Positions 1 through 13,433 of a stretch of 64,000 nucleotides of DNA are shown piece by piece. The position numbers and the translations under genes are program-made. Positions within the stretch are counted from its first letter, which is position 1. Each line of letters starts with the position of its first letter. The DNA lies in the NCBI GenBank assembly GCA_965240325.2, contig OZ251227.1:3038001-3102000 (forward strand), read 5' to 3'. The notes below the pieces were generated by a model that did no database searches, was not told the origin of the DNA, and saw only the letters and a list, made by a program, of their open reading frames with translations. Origin of the DNA: Rebecca billardiae RCC1528 (Eukaryota > Protista > Haptophyta).

Positions 1-986
1 CTGCGCGGGCCACCGGCGTGGCCCCGCTGCCCGGGCCGTCCACTCGGCCGCGTGGCGCGCCGCACCCGGCCGTCGCATGGACCCGGCGAGTGCCAGAGCC
101 GGCGAGCAGTCGTCTACGCTACATCACGGGCCAAGCAGTGGGTAGTCGCGAGCACGATGGACCAAGACGATCTTGCGATGTGGGCGCAGCGACGGCAACC
201 TCACTTGGCACGCATCGGCGGCCTGAGCCGCCGGAGTGAACAAAGTCACAGACAAGGGGATGCGTGCGCGGATGCGTGCGTTGGGCTCGGTGCATTCGCG
301 CGTACATTCTGACACCCACGCCAGCTTCCTCTTCTCCTCCGGCGCACACTGCTTGGGCAGCGCGGGCGCCGTGTGGCGCGAGCACCACGAGCTCACAGTC
401 TGGCTGACTCGCGCGGCGTCGTGCCGTCTGCACGCACATGTGGCGCACACTACCTCGGGCGGTTCGAGCAATCCATGCGCGCACGCGAATACGCCATGGA
501 CGCCGCGTCTCTCCCCCGCCCGTTCGGCCCCCGCGCGGCCCTGACTCGACTCGCACCCGTCCGCCGAGACCCAGCCCACTGCCCGCCGACTACCGAGGCT
601 TTGGCAGCGGCTCTCGCGCCGGGGCGCCCTTTGCCGGGACGCTCCTTGTGGAACGCGAAGGTCGAGGGGTAGGTGAATAGGGCGGGCGGAGGTGATTCGA
701 GGAATTGAAGGAACGACTTCATCAAGTGCCACTAATGATTTGCACCCGCGCGAAATACGTACTTACATTACTCCGACGGTACCGCGAGTAGCTTTGTGAA
801 ATAGAGATCGGGACGGAAACCGCCGATTCGAACTTCTCCAAAATGTCCGCCCCTCCCACCCGGGAATCGTCGTGGTGATTATGACCGAGGCGAGTTACCG
901 AGTCAAGGCTGCGCAGCCATCAGCACTCAGCAGCGGCGCAGCCTCGCTGCGACTGTGTAGAACTCTAGACAGCAGCAGAGAACAGG

Positions 987-1922
<936 letters not shown>

Positions 1923-2590
1923 CGACGCATGCTATGCATGTGCGCATCATGTATGAGTGTGCGCGTCGAGTACCAACGGCTACCCCGTAGCTTACCCGAC
2001 TACCGTACTGACTACGTACTGCTGTGAGTACTGAGGGAGTGTCACTATGTCTATAGCTTCGAGTCGCGGCGGAGACGGAGATCGAGTCGCGGACGATCGA
2101 GACGGAGTACGGCGGGTCACTGACTGGCACTGCCACTAGTGGCACTGCCCCCGGCGGGCGCCGCGCGGAGTGGCGACGGATGGCGCCGCGCGGAGTGGCG
2201 ACGGATCGAGTCGATCGTCATCTGACGAGACCGATGACTACAACTACTGACTGTGAGTGCGACTCATCACGTACGTCACGCTGATGCACGGCGGTTGTTT
2301 ATTTAGTATCAGAGTCCGCCGAATGACGAGTAGTCGCGGCGCGTGCGGCGTTATGCCGCCAAGGCTCCGTGTCTCTGATGATCGAACTGTGCTACGACGA
2401 CTACTCGACGACTAGCAGCTCATCGTCGATCATCATATTGTCAATCGTCAGTGGCGCGGCGGGTTCGGGCGGCAGCACTGGTCAGCGCACTAGTCTGCCG
2501 CCGCCTCACACGGTTGACTGCTACTGTACGTCTGTAGATCGATCGACTACTGTGTATACATCAGCACCATCACCTATATACTCCTATAGG

Positions 2591-2762
<172 letters not shown>

Positions 2763-3786
2763 CCTCCTGCATAGAAAGCGACGCGACGCCATTGAGTATG
2801 GACGAACATCACCCACAATCTGCGTGATGTGCATGCGAGGGCAGGTATTGCAGCACATGTGTGAGCATGCAGCAAATGCCGATGATACACGCCATGCAGA
2901 AATGGTGATGTATATATATACTTGCGCATGGTGGGGATTTGTCCCTGGCTGAACGGGAAGAGCGACTGAGCCGACGGTGCCAAAGCTGCGCGCAGACTGC
3001 GCCAGCGTGGCAGCAAGGTCCCTGGCTCAGGCAAGCTCAGCACTCACAGGCCTGACGACAAGGTCGTCAACCACAACGGAGGCTGCAGGGGCGGATGGCG
3101 GGTTTCGCAACGAGCACAAGCAAGGAACGCAGAGGAGATGAGACCTCGGGCTTTGCTGATGGCGATGCGCAGGCAAGCAGGGGTGGCCTAGAGATGAGCA
3201 GCTTGGCCCGAAAGCGGAAAGGTCGTGTAACCGATGATCGAGCGAGCTCTGATAGGTGGGCTGCTTGATGAACTTTGGTAATACGTTGCCATGCCGACTT
3301 AAGATGATCTTGGATATGATCTCGAGCGCCGGATAGTGGAGCGGAGCGGGTACTTATAGAGGAGCCAGTGTGGTTGGCCGATATGAAAGGACCAGCGGCC
3401 GCCATGATGATGATAAAGGATAGCTCCGTGGCCGATGAGCTCCGGAAATCGGCTACAACTACCTGCAGGACCTAGAAGACGATGGCGGCCCTTGTCCACC
3501 AGCTGCGCGTCGCCTTTCCAGCCTCCCGACACACTCGGTTATAACTCCGTTATAACGCCACATATAGCTGTATATATATACTCATCGACGCGACATTGAC
3601 ATCCGCCCGCCGTATGCCCGGTATGGCAATCACTCCTAAGACTACTCCCGTCGATTGACGCCGTCGACACAGCAGCCGTGGCGGGCGGCGTGGCTCGTCT
3701 CGCGCCCACGCGCAGGTTTTGCTCCTAATCCTAGTCCTACTCCTACTCCTACTCTTACCTACGAGTTCATCCTACTCCAGTACTCC

Positions 3787-5788
3787 TCACGGCCGCCGCG
3801 GGGCGGCGCGGCGCTCGCCGAGCGCCGCGCCTTGCTTCGACAGGGCGAGCGCCTGCAGCCGCAGCCCCCGCGCGTGCCGGTGCGCGCGCCACAGCCGCCA
3901 CACGCCTGCCGCACCCAGCGCGAGCAGCACGAGCGAGCCCGCGACGACGCCCACGATCACCGCGGTGCGCCGGCGCGCGGCGGCGGGGTCACTGCCCGCG
4001 CCCGCTGTGACCTCGAGCGTGGCGGCGGTGCCGCCGAGGTCGGGCGAGTCGGTGTCGCCGCCCGCCGCCGCCGCCGCCGCCGCCGCGAGCAGCCCGGGCG
4101 TGCACGCGGCTGCCTCGACGCCCTGCGCGGCCGCCGCCACGCGGCTCGCGTCGAGATCGGCCGAGTACACGCGCACGTCCTGCACGGCGCCGCTGAGCGC
4201 GCCCGCCGGACCATTGATCGCCGAGCGCCCAATGAACACGCGCGTGCGCGGCACGTCGTACGGGCGCAGGTCCTGCTCGCTGAACGCGTTCGGCGCGCCG
4301 TTGTGGTGCAGCTGCGCGCACGCGCTGCCCACCGTGACCGCCGCATGGAACCACTCGCCCTCGGGCCACGTGGCCGGCTCAGTACCGGTGCCAACGAGCT
4401 CGGCGCCGAGCGGCGCGCCGCCAGCACCGTGCACGGCGAAGGTGAGGCGGTGCTCGCCCGCGCGCCGCCGCAACGTGACGCCATGCGCCTTCGCGTCGTC
4501 CGCGGCGGCAAACAGGTATGTCAGCGCCGGCGTCGCCGCCGAGGCGGGCACCCACACCCACGCCATGATGGTGAGCTCGACACGCGCCGTCGGGTCGGCG
4601 CCGCGCGCCGCCATGTCGGCGAGCTCGACGTAGCGCACGGCGCTGCCGCCCTCGGGGTGGTTGAGCACGCCGAAGGGGCTGACGCTGTACCCACTCAGCT
4701 CCGCGCCGCCGACGACCAGGCTCGCCGCCGAACCCGCCGCCAGGTCGGCGGTTACGAGGGTGATCTGAGCCTCGGCGACGGGGGTGGCGCCAGCCACGTC
4801 GGCCAGGCTGGATTCGAGCGGCCAGCGGCGAAGCAGCGTGGGGCATGAGCCGCACGGCTGCGCGTTGAAGCCGGAGGCGATTTGCTTGATGTACGCCCCG
4901 GTGAGGTACGTCGAGTAGATGCGCACGTCCTGCACTGCGCCCTCGAGCCGATGCGAGCCCACCAGCGAGCGGCCGATGTACCACGTGCGCGGCGCATCGT
5001 ACGGGCGCATGTCCTGCTTGCGCATGTGCGTGAGACCGCCATTGTGGAACAGGGTCGCGGCCGTCCTGCTGATGCTCACGGCGGTGTGGAACCACCGGCC
5101 GGTCTGGAACGTGCCAGCTGCGCCGATGAGCTGGATCCCAATCTGATTCCCAGCGCCGTCGAAAGCCCGGAAGCGGATCCTTCGGCTGAACGCGGTGTGC
5201 TTGCTTAGGACGATCTTGTGGGCTCGGTCGGAGTCGTGCGAATCGAGGACGCGCGTGGCCCCTCGCGCGTGGTCGGCGGGCGCGAGCCAGACCCACGCCA
5301 TGATCGAGATGGGCTTGCGCACGGCCCGGTTGGAGCCAGCCGCAGGCACCCTGCCCGCGTCGATCCACTGCAGCCGCGCCTCACCCTCGGGCACATCGGC
5401 GCCGCCGAAGCGGCCAAAGCCGCCGACCTTGCGTGTGCGCCCGCCGCCAGAGAGCGCCGTGGCGGGCGCGGCGGCGAGCACCGCGCTCACGTCCGCGATC
5501 GGCCCGATGGCCACCGGCTGCGTGAGCGGCGGCTGGCTTGCGCTGCCGCCGACCACGTCGGAAAAGCCCGCGTCGGCGGTGAGCGGCCAGGAGTGGAGCG
5601 CGGCGTCGCACGCGGGCGGCGGCTGGCTGGGCGGCGGGGCGGGCGGCGGCGGCTTCGGCGGCGAGGGCGGTGGGCGCGGCGAGGGCGGCGGCTGGCTGGG
5701 CGGCGGGGCGGGCGGGGCGGGCGGCGGCGGCGACGGCGGCGAGGGCGGCGGACGCGGCGAGGGCGGCGGCTGGCTGGGCGGCGGGGCG

Positions 5789-5826
<38 letters not shown>

Positions 5827-7272
5827 TGGGCGCGGCGAGGACGGCGGCTGGCTGGGCGGCGGGCCGGGCGGGGCGGGCGGCGGCGGCGACGGCGGCGAGG
5901 GCGGTGGGCGCGGCGAGGGCGGCGGCGGCGGCGGTGGCGCGGGCGCGCCGACGCACAGCCCGTCCCACACGCCGACCACGTCGCACGCCCGGCCCGAGTT
6001 GCAGCTCGCCACCTCGCGCCGGACCACCGCGCCGTCCGCGCGCAGCGTCACCTCAGCGATCGTGTAGCCGGCGCAGTTGCCAGTGGCCCCGTTATACGGA
6101 GCGCGGTTGTCGACGCGCCACTCGAGCGCGCCGTCGTGCAGCAGGTGCGAGGTGACGTCGCGCCTAGTGATGCAGTTGCGATAAGAGCGGCACGTGCCCG
6201 CGTACGTCCAGCACGCCGAGCGCGTCAGCCGCTGGCCGTCCGCGTACACGTGGAAGTTGGTTGAGTAGTGGCGCGAGCGCACGCGCACGTCGAGCGTGTA
6301 CGACGCGGCGTTTACGCACCACGGCGGCGGCGAGGGCGGCGGCGAGGGCGGCGGCGGCGAGAAGGGGGCGAGTGGCGGGTGAGACGGCGGCGGCGGCGGC
6401 GAGGGCGGCGGCGAGGGCGGCGGCGAGGGCGGCGGCGAGGGCGGCGGCGAGGGCGGCGGCGAGGGCGGCGGCGAGGGCGGCGGCGAGGGCGGCGGCGAGG
6501 GCGGCGGCGAGGGCGGCGGCGAGGGCGGCGGCGCGGGCGGCGGCGAGGGCGGCGGCGAGGGCGGCGGCGGCGAGGGCGGCGGGAGAGGCGGCGGCGGCGA
6601 GGGCGGCGGCGAGGGCGGCGGCGAGGGCGGTGGCGGGTGCGACGGCGGCGAGGGCGGCGGCACGGGCGGCGGCGTGGGCGGCGGCGGCGACGGCGGTGGC
6701 GCGGGCGCGCCGACGCACAGCCCGTCCCACACGCCGACCACGTCGCACGCCCGGCCCGAGTTGCAGCTCGCCACCTCGCGCCGGACCACCGCGCCGTCCG
6801 CGCGCAGCGTCACCTCAGCGATCGTGTAGGCGCAGTTGCCAGTGGCCCCGTTATACGGAGCGCGGTTGTCGACGCGCCACTCGAGCGCGCCGTCGTGCAG
6901 CAGGTGCGAGGTGACGTCGCGCCTGCTGATGCAGTTGCGATAAGAGCGGCACGTGCCCGCGTACGTCCAGCACGCCGAGCCCGTCAGCCGCTGGCCGTCC
7001 GCGTACACGTGGAAGTTGGTTAAGTAGTGGCGCGAGCGCACGCGCACGTCGAGCGTGTACGACGCGGCGTTTACGCACCACGGCGGCGGCGAGGGCGACG
7101 GCGAGGGCGGCGGCGGCGGCGGCGGCGCGGGCGGCGGCGAGGGCGGCAGCGGGGGCGGCGGCGAGGGCGGCGGCGAGGGCGACGGTGAGGGCGGCGGCGA
7201 GAGCGCCGTAGTGCCCATCACCGCGCCTACGCCGAGAAGGACGGCCGCTGCGATGGCGCCCGCGCGCGCCAT
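3787..7272 (-). CDS. Type I membrane, extensin-like surface protein: signal peptide, SPn/Pro-rich spacers, two copies of a Cys-rich ~125-aa domain, two LamG/concanavalin-A-like domains, TM helix, short basic tail
   Basis: ATG at 7272 (MARAGAIAAAVLLGVGAVMG signal peptide). LamG-type motifs occur twice: ISIMAWVW..WFHTAVS..LFHNG..YIGRS..GAVQDVRIYS and LTIMAWVW..WFHAAVT..FIGRS..GAVQDVRVYS. TM segment VIVGVVAGSLVLLALGAAGVW is followed by RLWR. Confidence 0.85.
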
Positions 7273-7291
7273 GCTCGTGGTCGCTTGGCGG

Positions 7292-7417
7292 TGCGACAAG
7301 CTTGCCCTGGCGGTGGGAAGGGGTCGTCGCCAAGTCGCGTGTTCTCGCCGATATCGGCGAGAACACGCGACTTGGCGACGACCCCTTCCCACCGCGGACC
7401 AGGGCAAGCTTGTCGCA
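7292..7417. repeat. Spacer-less palindrome (perfect 43-bp arms 7310-7352/7353-7395, extended by a further ~18-bp arm beyond a 3-4-nt bulge)
   Basis: gcggtgggaaggggtcgtcgccaagtcgcgtgttctcgccgat|atcggcgagaacacgcgacttggcgacgaccccttcccaccgc, plus outer arms tgcgacaagcttgccctgg / ccagggcaagcttgtcgca. Confidence 0.95.
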
Positions 7418-8010
7418 ATGCGCCACCAAAGGAAGCGCGGGCTTGCGCGCTTTTCAGTTCATATCATAGACGCCCATTCGGGACTTCCATTAATCTACTG
7501 ATGATGACTGTAATATATATATATATATATATATATATTAACGACGTGGTATGCAAATGATATATATATATATATATTAATCTGGCTATTGATGTGAGTA
7601 GTTTGAAACGGCAGGTGTGTTTCGTCGGCGCAGGCGAAGGTGCGGGGCACGCCGATGCGGTGCTTTGACGCCACGTGCGTGCACAGCAGCGGAGCAGCCG
7701 AGGCGCGAGAAAGGTGAAGCCGGGCAAGGCGTGCGGCGCGCTGCGGAGCGCGAGGCCATCAACTGAATACGGCCGCGAGACCGCGCCACGGGTCGCTCGG
7801 CGAGTGCGCGGCAGCGGCCGCACGAGCCCACGGCGTGCACGCCCCGAGCTGCCGCCACAGCGGCGGCGGCAGCCGCGCGCCGCTCCGCTCCAAAAATCTC
7901 GAGGTGAAGCTCCGGCGCCGGACGCCGCTGGAGTCGGCGACCCTGACCAGTGACCACCCCGACCGCAAGGGAGACGTTTACGGCACCCTTTGACCCTTTG
8001 GGCTGTACCG

Positions 8011-8630
8011 TATGGAGCGCTCGTTGGAACTTGAGCCAGGATGGAACTTGAGCCCGCATTTCCCAGCAAAGTGCCCCATCTCGGCGGGGCTGGCACGCTC
8101 GGCACACGCTCCTGAGCGCTCGCTTCGCGGTGCGGCAGGCCTTGGGTAGATCAGGCAGACATGTCGCGACCGCGTTACCGGGCCATGCGCGCGCGCACCA
8201 CATCCGCGCTACGTGGCCTGCGCGCTGGACGACTGAGAGTCAATGCCGACCCACTGCATTCCACTGCCCCGCATGCACCCCGAGTCACCTTCAGAGGGCG
8301 TCGACAAGCGCAGAGCGGGCGCGCGGGAGTTCGACCCAACTCGTGTACCTTCTTGCAAGCACCAGCGGCGAGGTCGCAAGCCGAACCTTGACCAGCCGTG
8401 GAACTTGATTGAGCTGGTCGGCAGCAAAACCACCGCTTGGCACCGGATCAAGTTAGCAGCGTGCGAAGAGGAGGCGCGGTGCGCGTCCGCGGCTGGCGAG
8501 AGGCGTCCGGACCGTGCCGTTCTCGGCCGCGCCCGCGCGCTTCCCGCCGCCGCGGGCCCCGTGTACGCCCGTCGTCGCCCTCGCCGCGTGGGCGCCAAAC
8601 CGGGCTCACAGGTTCCAACGAGCTCCATAC
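8011..8630 (+). mobile_element. MITE-like TIR element, copy 1 (~620 bp)
   Basis: Left TIR TA-tggagcgctcgttggaacttga. Degenerate right end caggttccaacgagctcca-TA. Direct-repeat homolog at 9660-10275. Confidence 0.75.
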
Positions 8631-9659
8631 CTGCCTCCGCCCAGCACCGCTGCAGGCACCGGCAAGCGCCCTATGCACAGGGCCTGCACAGGCAGCCCCC
8701 AGTCACCGGTGGCACTCGCCCCCCCGCTTGGACACCCCCCGGGGTGTAGCCAGGGAGGTGCCAGCAGCAGCGCCGGCGCTCAAGCACCACCCGTCGCGCC
8801 GCGTGGCGACCCCCCCTCGGTGGGGCGTGGCCCGCCGGCCAAAAGGAGCCGCCCGGATTCCGATACCCTGCAGCAACCTCTCTGGCCTGGCGCCCCCGCT
8901 CCTGACCAGCCCAGAGCCCCGACGCCTGCGGTGCCTGAGGCCCCGCCCCTACGCAAGTCTGCCAGGCTGTGCCAGCGCCGCACGCGCCGACGCGCGGCGC
9001 AGGCATGATGCAGCTCCACCAGCAAAACGACGCTTCGCGCGCACCCGGCGCGCCGACACAGCCTGCCCGGGAGAAGCCCGCCGGGGCTGACCTTGGGCAA
9101 CAGCCATACATGCAGGCCAGCATGCGCGGCGGGGTGGCATCAGTGCCGGCCCCGGCCCGCAAACGCAAACAGCCGGACGCCCCGGCCCACGCAGCTGATG
9201 CGCCAGCAAACCCTGCTCCGGGCAACAGAACCCTGCCGCCGGCTTTGAGGCCGACACGCCACACTGGGGCACATATCACCTGAGGGCCAGGCCTTCTGTG
9301 TGATAAGCTACCCCAGTCATGCCGCTTGATACACACCTTCCCCAACCGACAGTGGGGCTCTACATTCCCTACTACATCCTCATCCTGTCGGCGCGCTGTC
9401 GCATCGGCGCCCAGTCGGCGAGTTCGGACGACGACGTTTTGTGGACGACGGTAGGGCGAGGACGACGGGCGCTGGCGCGCCGCGAGGCGGCCGCAGCCCT
9501 CGTCCAGGCCTCGCAGGCGGACGACTGAACGATTTTTTCCGGCGGCGCTACCATCGGCGACGGCTTCATGGGCGGTGACAGTTGGCGGGCGTCAATCTCG
9601 CCTGCCTGAGCTGTGTTCAGTATGCGTCTCTTATCTTTGATCGGCGTAAACTGTGGTTG

Positions 9660-10275
9660 TATGGAGCGCTCTCAGCTCGTTGGAACTTGGCGGGGCTTGG
9701 AACTTGACACCGCATTTCCCAGCGAAGTGCCCCATCTCGGCGGGGCTGGCACGGTCGGCACACGCTCCTGAGCGCTCGCTTCGCGGTGCGGCAGGCCTTG
9801 GGCAGCCCAGACAGACACGCCGCGACCGAATTACCGGGCCATGCGCGCACCACACCCGCGCTACATGGCCTACGCGCTGGACGACTGAGAGGCAACGCCG
9901 AACCACTGCATTCCACTGCCCGGCATGCACCCCGAGTCACCTTCAGAGGGCGTCGACGAGCGCAGAGCGGGTGCGTGGGAGTTCGACCAACTCGTGTACC
10001 TTCTTGCAAGCACCAGCGGCGAGGTCGCAAGCCGAACCTTGACCAGCCGTGGAACTTGAGCTGGTCGGCAGCAAAACCACCGTTCAACCCGGATCAAGTT
10101 AGCAGCGTGCGAGGAGGAGGCGCGGTGCGCGTCCGCGGCTGGCGAGAGGCGTCCGGACCGTGCCGTTCTCGGCCGCGCCCGCGCGCTTCCCGCCGCCGCG
10201 GGCCCCGTGTACGCCCGTCGTCGCCCTCGCCGCGCGGGCGCCAAACCGGCGTCAAGTTCCAACGAGCGCTCCATA
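9660..10275 (+). mobile_element. MITE-like TIR element, copy 2
   Basis: Near-identical to 8011-8630. Right TIR tcaagttccaacgagcgctcca-TA. The left TIR carries a small insertion. Confidence 0.75.
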
Positions 10276-10350
10276 CGATGTCAAACGGCCCGGCGGCGGC
10301 AGCCGGGCGGTTTGCCGTGGTTTCGACGAGGAGGAGGCGGGCTCTCGACG

Positions 10351-11868
10351 ATGGACAACGTCGTCGACCTGTGCTCGTCGCCCTCGCGCTCCCGCCGGGA
10401 GCACGCCGACGACCTGGACGCGTGCGGGCAGGTGGACGCCGGATCGCCCTCGTCGCCATCGCCACCCTCGCCCACGGCATCCCCACCGCCGCCAGCCGCC
10501 GCGCCCGCTCGCGAGCCGCTCGACACGGCCGTGGACCTGTGCTCGCCGAGCTGCTCGCGCGCGGGGGCGGCCGCGAGCGAGCTCGCGGACGAGGAGAGCC
10601 CGTCGCCCCCGCCCGCGTCGGCCCTGCCCACGGCGCTGGGGGGCTTCGACCTGGACCTCACGCAGGACGACGAGGACGAAGGCGGCGGCGGCGGCGGCGG
10701 CAATGGCGACTCGAGCATGAGCGACGACGGCGACGTGATGCGCGCGCTCGGCGGCGGCGGTGGCGCGGGCACGCGCGACGGCAGCGTGCGCGCGCCGCCG
10801 ATGCCTGGCCTCGCCGACGACGACCCCGAGCCCAACGCCGACCTCGAGCCCGCGCCCGCGCGCAAGCCGGCGGCGGGCGGCAAGCGCAAGCAGGCAGCGG
10901 CGCTCTCGCCCGCGAGCGCCGCGCGGCGCAAGGAGGCGCGCGCGGCGGAGCGCGCTGTGAAGAAGCAGGCGAAGGAGCTCGAGCGCGAGGACGCGCGCGC
11001 GCGTGCCCACGCCGCCGCGCACGGCGCCAGCGACTCGCCGCGCGACGCGCTCACGCACCTGCGCCTGCGCGTGAGCGCGGGCGACCCCGAGTTGACGATG
11101 CGCGCCGGTCTCGCGGGCGCGCTCGTGACGCTCGAGGCGGCGCCGAGCGAGATCAGCGTGCCGGGCGTGATCGAGTGGCGGCACTGCGCGGAGGGGAGCG
11201 CGTGCTCCACGCCGCTCCACCGCGCGCTCCTCCTCGTCGACGTGCGGCCGCACTCCGTGCCCAACGAGCGCATCGCCGAGCTCGCCGACACGGTCGAGCG
11301 GCGCGTGCGGCGCGTGCACGCGCAGGCGCCCGACACGCGGCTGACGGTCGTGTTCGCCGGCCCGGAGCGCGAGGCGCTGCAGGTGCTCAAGCTGCGCGTG
11401 CAGGGGATCGACGAGTCGCGCGTGCGCGAGCGCACCGTCGAGGCCACGCGCGATGCGCTGATGCCCGGCGTCGCGCTGCTCGTGCGGCACCACTCGCGCG
11501 CGATCGGCGAGGCGCTGCGCGCGGCGCGCGCGGGCGGCCCTCGCTCGCACGTGCTGAGCGTGGACGGACGGCCGCGGACCGACCTGCTGACGAGGGACAC
11601 GCTGTGCAAGTCGTACGCGGAGGCGTGGCCGGCGATGCTCCAAGTGCTCATGAGCAAGCAGCAGGCCGAGGCCGTGTGCCGCGCCTTCCCGACCTTCGCC
11701 CTGCTGCGCGCGGCGCTCGAGGCGGCCGCTGAGCCCGACGATGTGCTGCGCCCGCTCAGCCGTGCCACGGCCGGCGGGATGTGCGTCGGGCCGAAGGTGA
11801 GCGCGCTGGTCCACCGCTTCTTCCTCACGCGCGTCGACCCGGGGACGCACCTTGACGACCTTGCCTGA
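10351..11868 (+). CDS. EME1/MMS4-like crossover-junction endonuclease subunit (degenerate ERCC4 domain + C-terminal HhH region)
   Basis: Acidic disordered N-terminus with VVDL/VDL SIM-like motifs, a K/R-rich coiled segment, and a C-terminus WPAMLQVL.SKQQAEAVCRAFPT..L...VGPKVSALVHRFF typical of EME1. Confidence 0.6.
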   Translation: MDNVVDLCSSPSRSRREHADDLDACGQVDAGSPSSPSPPSPTASPPPPAAAPAREPLDTAVDLCSPSCSRAGAAASELADEESPSPPPASALPTALGGFDLDLTQDDEDEGGGGGGGNGDSSMSDDGDVMRALGGGGGAGTRDGSVRAPPMPGLADDDPEPNADLEPAPARKPAAGGKRKQAAALSPASAARRKEARAAERAVKKQAKELEREDARARAHAAAHGASDSPRDALTHLRLRVSAGDPELTMRAGLAGALVTLEAAPSEISVPGVIEWRHCAEGSACSTPLHRALLLVDVRPHSVPNERIAELADTVERRVRRVHAQAPDTRLTVVFAGPEREALQVLKLRVQGIDESRVRERTVEATRDALMPGVALLVRHHSRAIGEALRAARAGGPRSHVLSVDGRPRTDLLTRDTLCKSYAEAWPAMLQVLMSKQQAEAVCRAFPTFALLRAALEAAAEPDDVLRPLSRATAGGMCVGPKVSALVHRFFLTRVDPGTHLDDLA

Positions 11869-12083
11869 CTCGTCTGACCCGCGGCGGTGTCGGGTGTGAA
11901 GCTGCGAGGGCGTCCAGCCACTCAGAGACTCAGTCCGCGACTCCGCGCCGGCCGCGGTGCATGACTGTAAGTGTATGACTGCGCGAGCGCTACGGAGTAC
12001 GGTCCGTCTGTGTGAGACGGCGTTATAGTTATACTAAGTCCCCTTGGTGAGACTACTTTAATACTGAGACTTGACTGACTAAC

Positions 12084-13279
12084 AGTCAACGGAAGCCCGC
12101 CTTACCAGCGCAGCCGCACCGGACTCTTTCTATAGCCGTCCGGCGGCCTTCGTGCTGACGCCAGCTGTGACGTGCGCACGGTGCGCGCTCATTGGTCCAT
12201 GCCGCTCCGTTCGAGACCGCGTGCAAAAGCGGTGCACATCTCCCTCCTGCCAGATGGGAGTGTCCGTCTGACGGTGTCTGTGCGTCCGCCTGATGCACAA
12301 GGGCCTGATGCTTCTCCACAGGGAACCCCCGCTGGTGGCAGCCAGCGGCGCGAGGGAGGTGGTGGCGCGCCTTCTAAAGCTCCCCTGCATCCCGCCCCGC
12401 GCCGAGCGCGCAAGTCGGCTCCGCCGGCGCGCGCGCTCGCCGCGCAGGGCTCGGGTACTGGAGTGCAGGCTGCAAACGGCGAGCAGCAGCACTCTCAGAA
12501 GCGGAAGAAGAAGCCTCGGCGCGGGAAGCGCGGGCCTCGGCGTGACGCGCAAGGCAGGCGGATTCGATCTCCATCGAGCCGCCGCACCTCGTCGCGGCGC
12601 GCCGTCGAGAAACGCCAGGAGCGCAAGGCGGCGCGGCTGGCGGCCTCTCTGCCCGCAGCACCTGCGCCTGCTCCAGCTGCTGTCCCCCACGCGGACCGAG
12701 ACTCGTCCATGGACGACGACTCGGACGACGAGGATGCGCAGCAGTCGGGGGCAAAGCGTACCCTGCACGCCGCAGCAGCGCCAGCCGCCGCCAGCAAGCC
12801 AGCTGAGCAGAGCGGCAAGCGCGCACGCGGCCGCGCAGGGCACACGGGGACGACTACATCACCGCCGGATCACCCGCCAGGGCCCAGCGGCTGAGACGGC
12901 CGTCTGACATCCGGACCTGCACCCTCGCCCTCGCTCGGGGCACAGCAGGTCCATGCGAGCCGCGCAGCGCAGGTGGATCGCGCTCCAGCAGCTCAAGGCC
13001 GCGCTCAAGCCATTCGATCGCGGTTCAGGCTATGCTCTGCCACCAGCGCCGACTTCGTGTCGACGATCGGGCACTGCCGACGACGAATCAGGAGACCTGC
13101 GCCGTCCTACCTGTGTCGTTAAATCATAGAATGAGTCAACGGAAGCCCGCCTTACCAGCGCAGCCGCACCGGACTCTTTCTATAGCCGTCCGGCGGCCTT
13201 CGTGCTGACGCCAGCTGTGACGTGCGCACGGTGCGCGCTCATTGGTCCATGCCGCTCCGTTCGAGACCGCGTGCAAAAG
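12084..13279 (+). mobile_element. Non-autonomous retroelement-like unit with 146-bp terminal direct repeats (12084-12229, 13134-13279) and a basic, NLS-rich ORF (~12199-12894)
   Basis: The direct repeats agtcaacggaagcc...gtgcaaaag are identical. The body is homologous to 26137-27141 on the - strand. No RT or integrase motifs. Confidence 0.65.
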
Positions 13280-13433
13280 ACCCGACCGCCGCCGCCCACC
13301 GCGAGCGTCGGTACAAGGTGAACGCGCGGCACGTGCCTGCCCAAGCGCGCGCGCCGCGGCGGCGCTCACGCCAGTCGCGCGCGTGCCGCTCCCGCCGCGC
13401 GCGCGCACGGGCAGCACGCACACCCCGCCAGCC

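Noticed and set aside
1-870. ORFs and a TE-end-like tract at the window start
   Set aside because: No recognisable motif, and the partner end would lie outside the window.
2940-3590. Lower-GC tract that might be a TE or viral relic
   Set aside because: No RT, integrase, transposase or capsid motif and no terminal repeats found.
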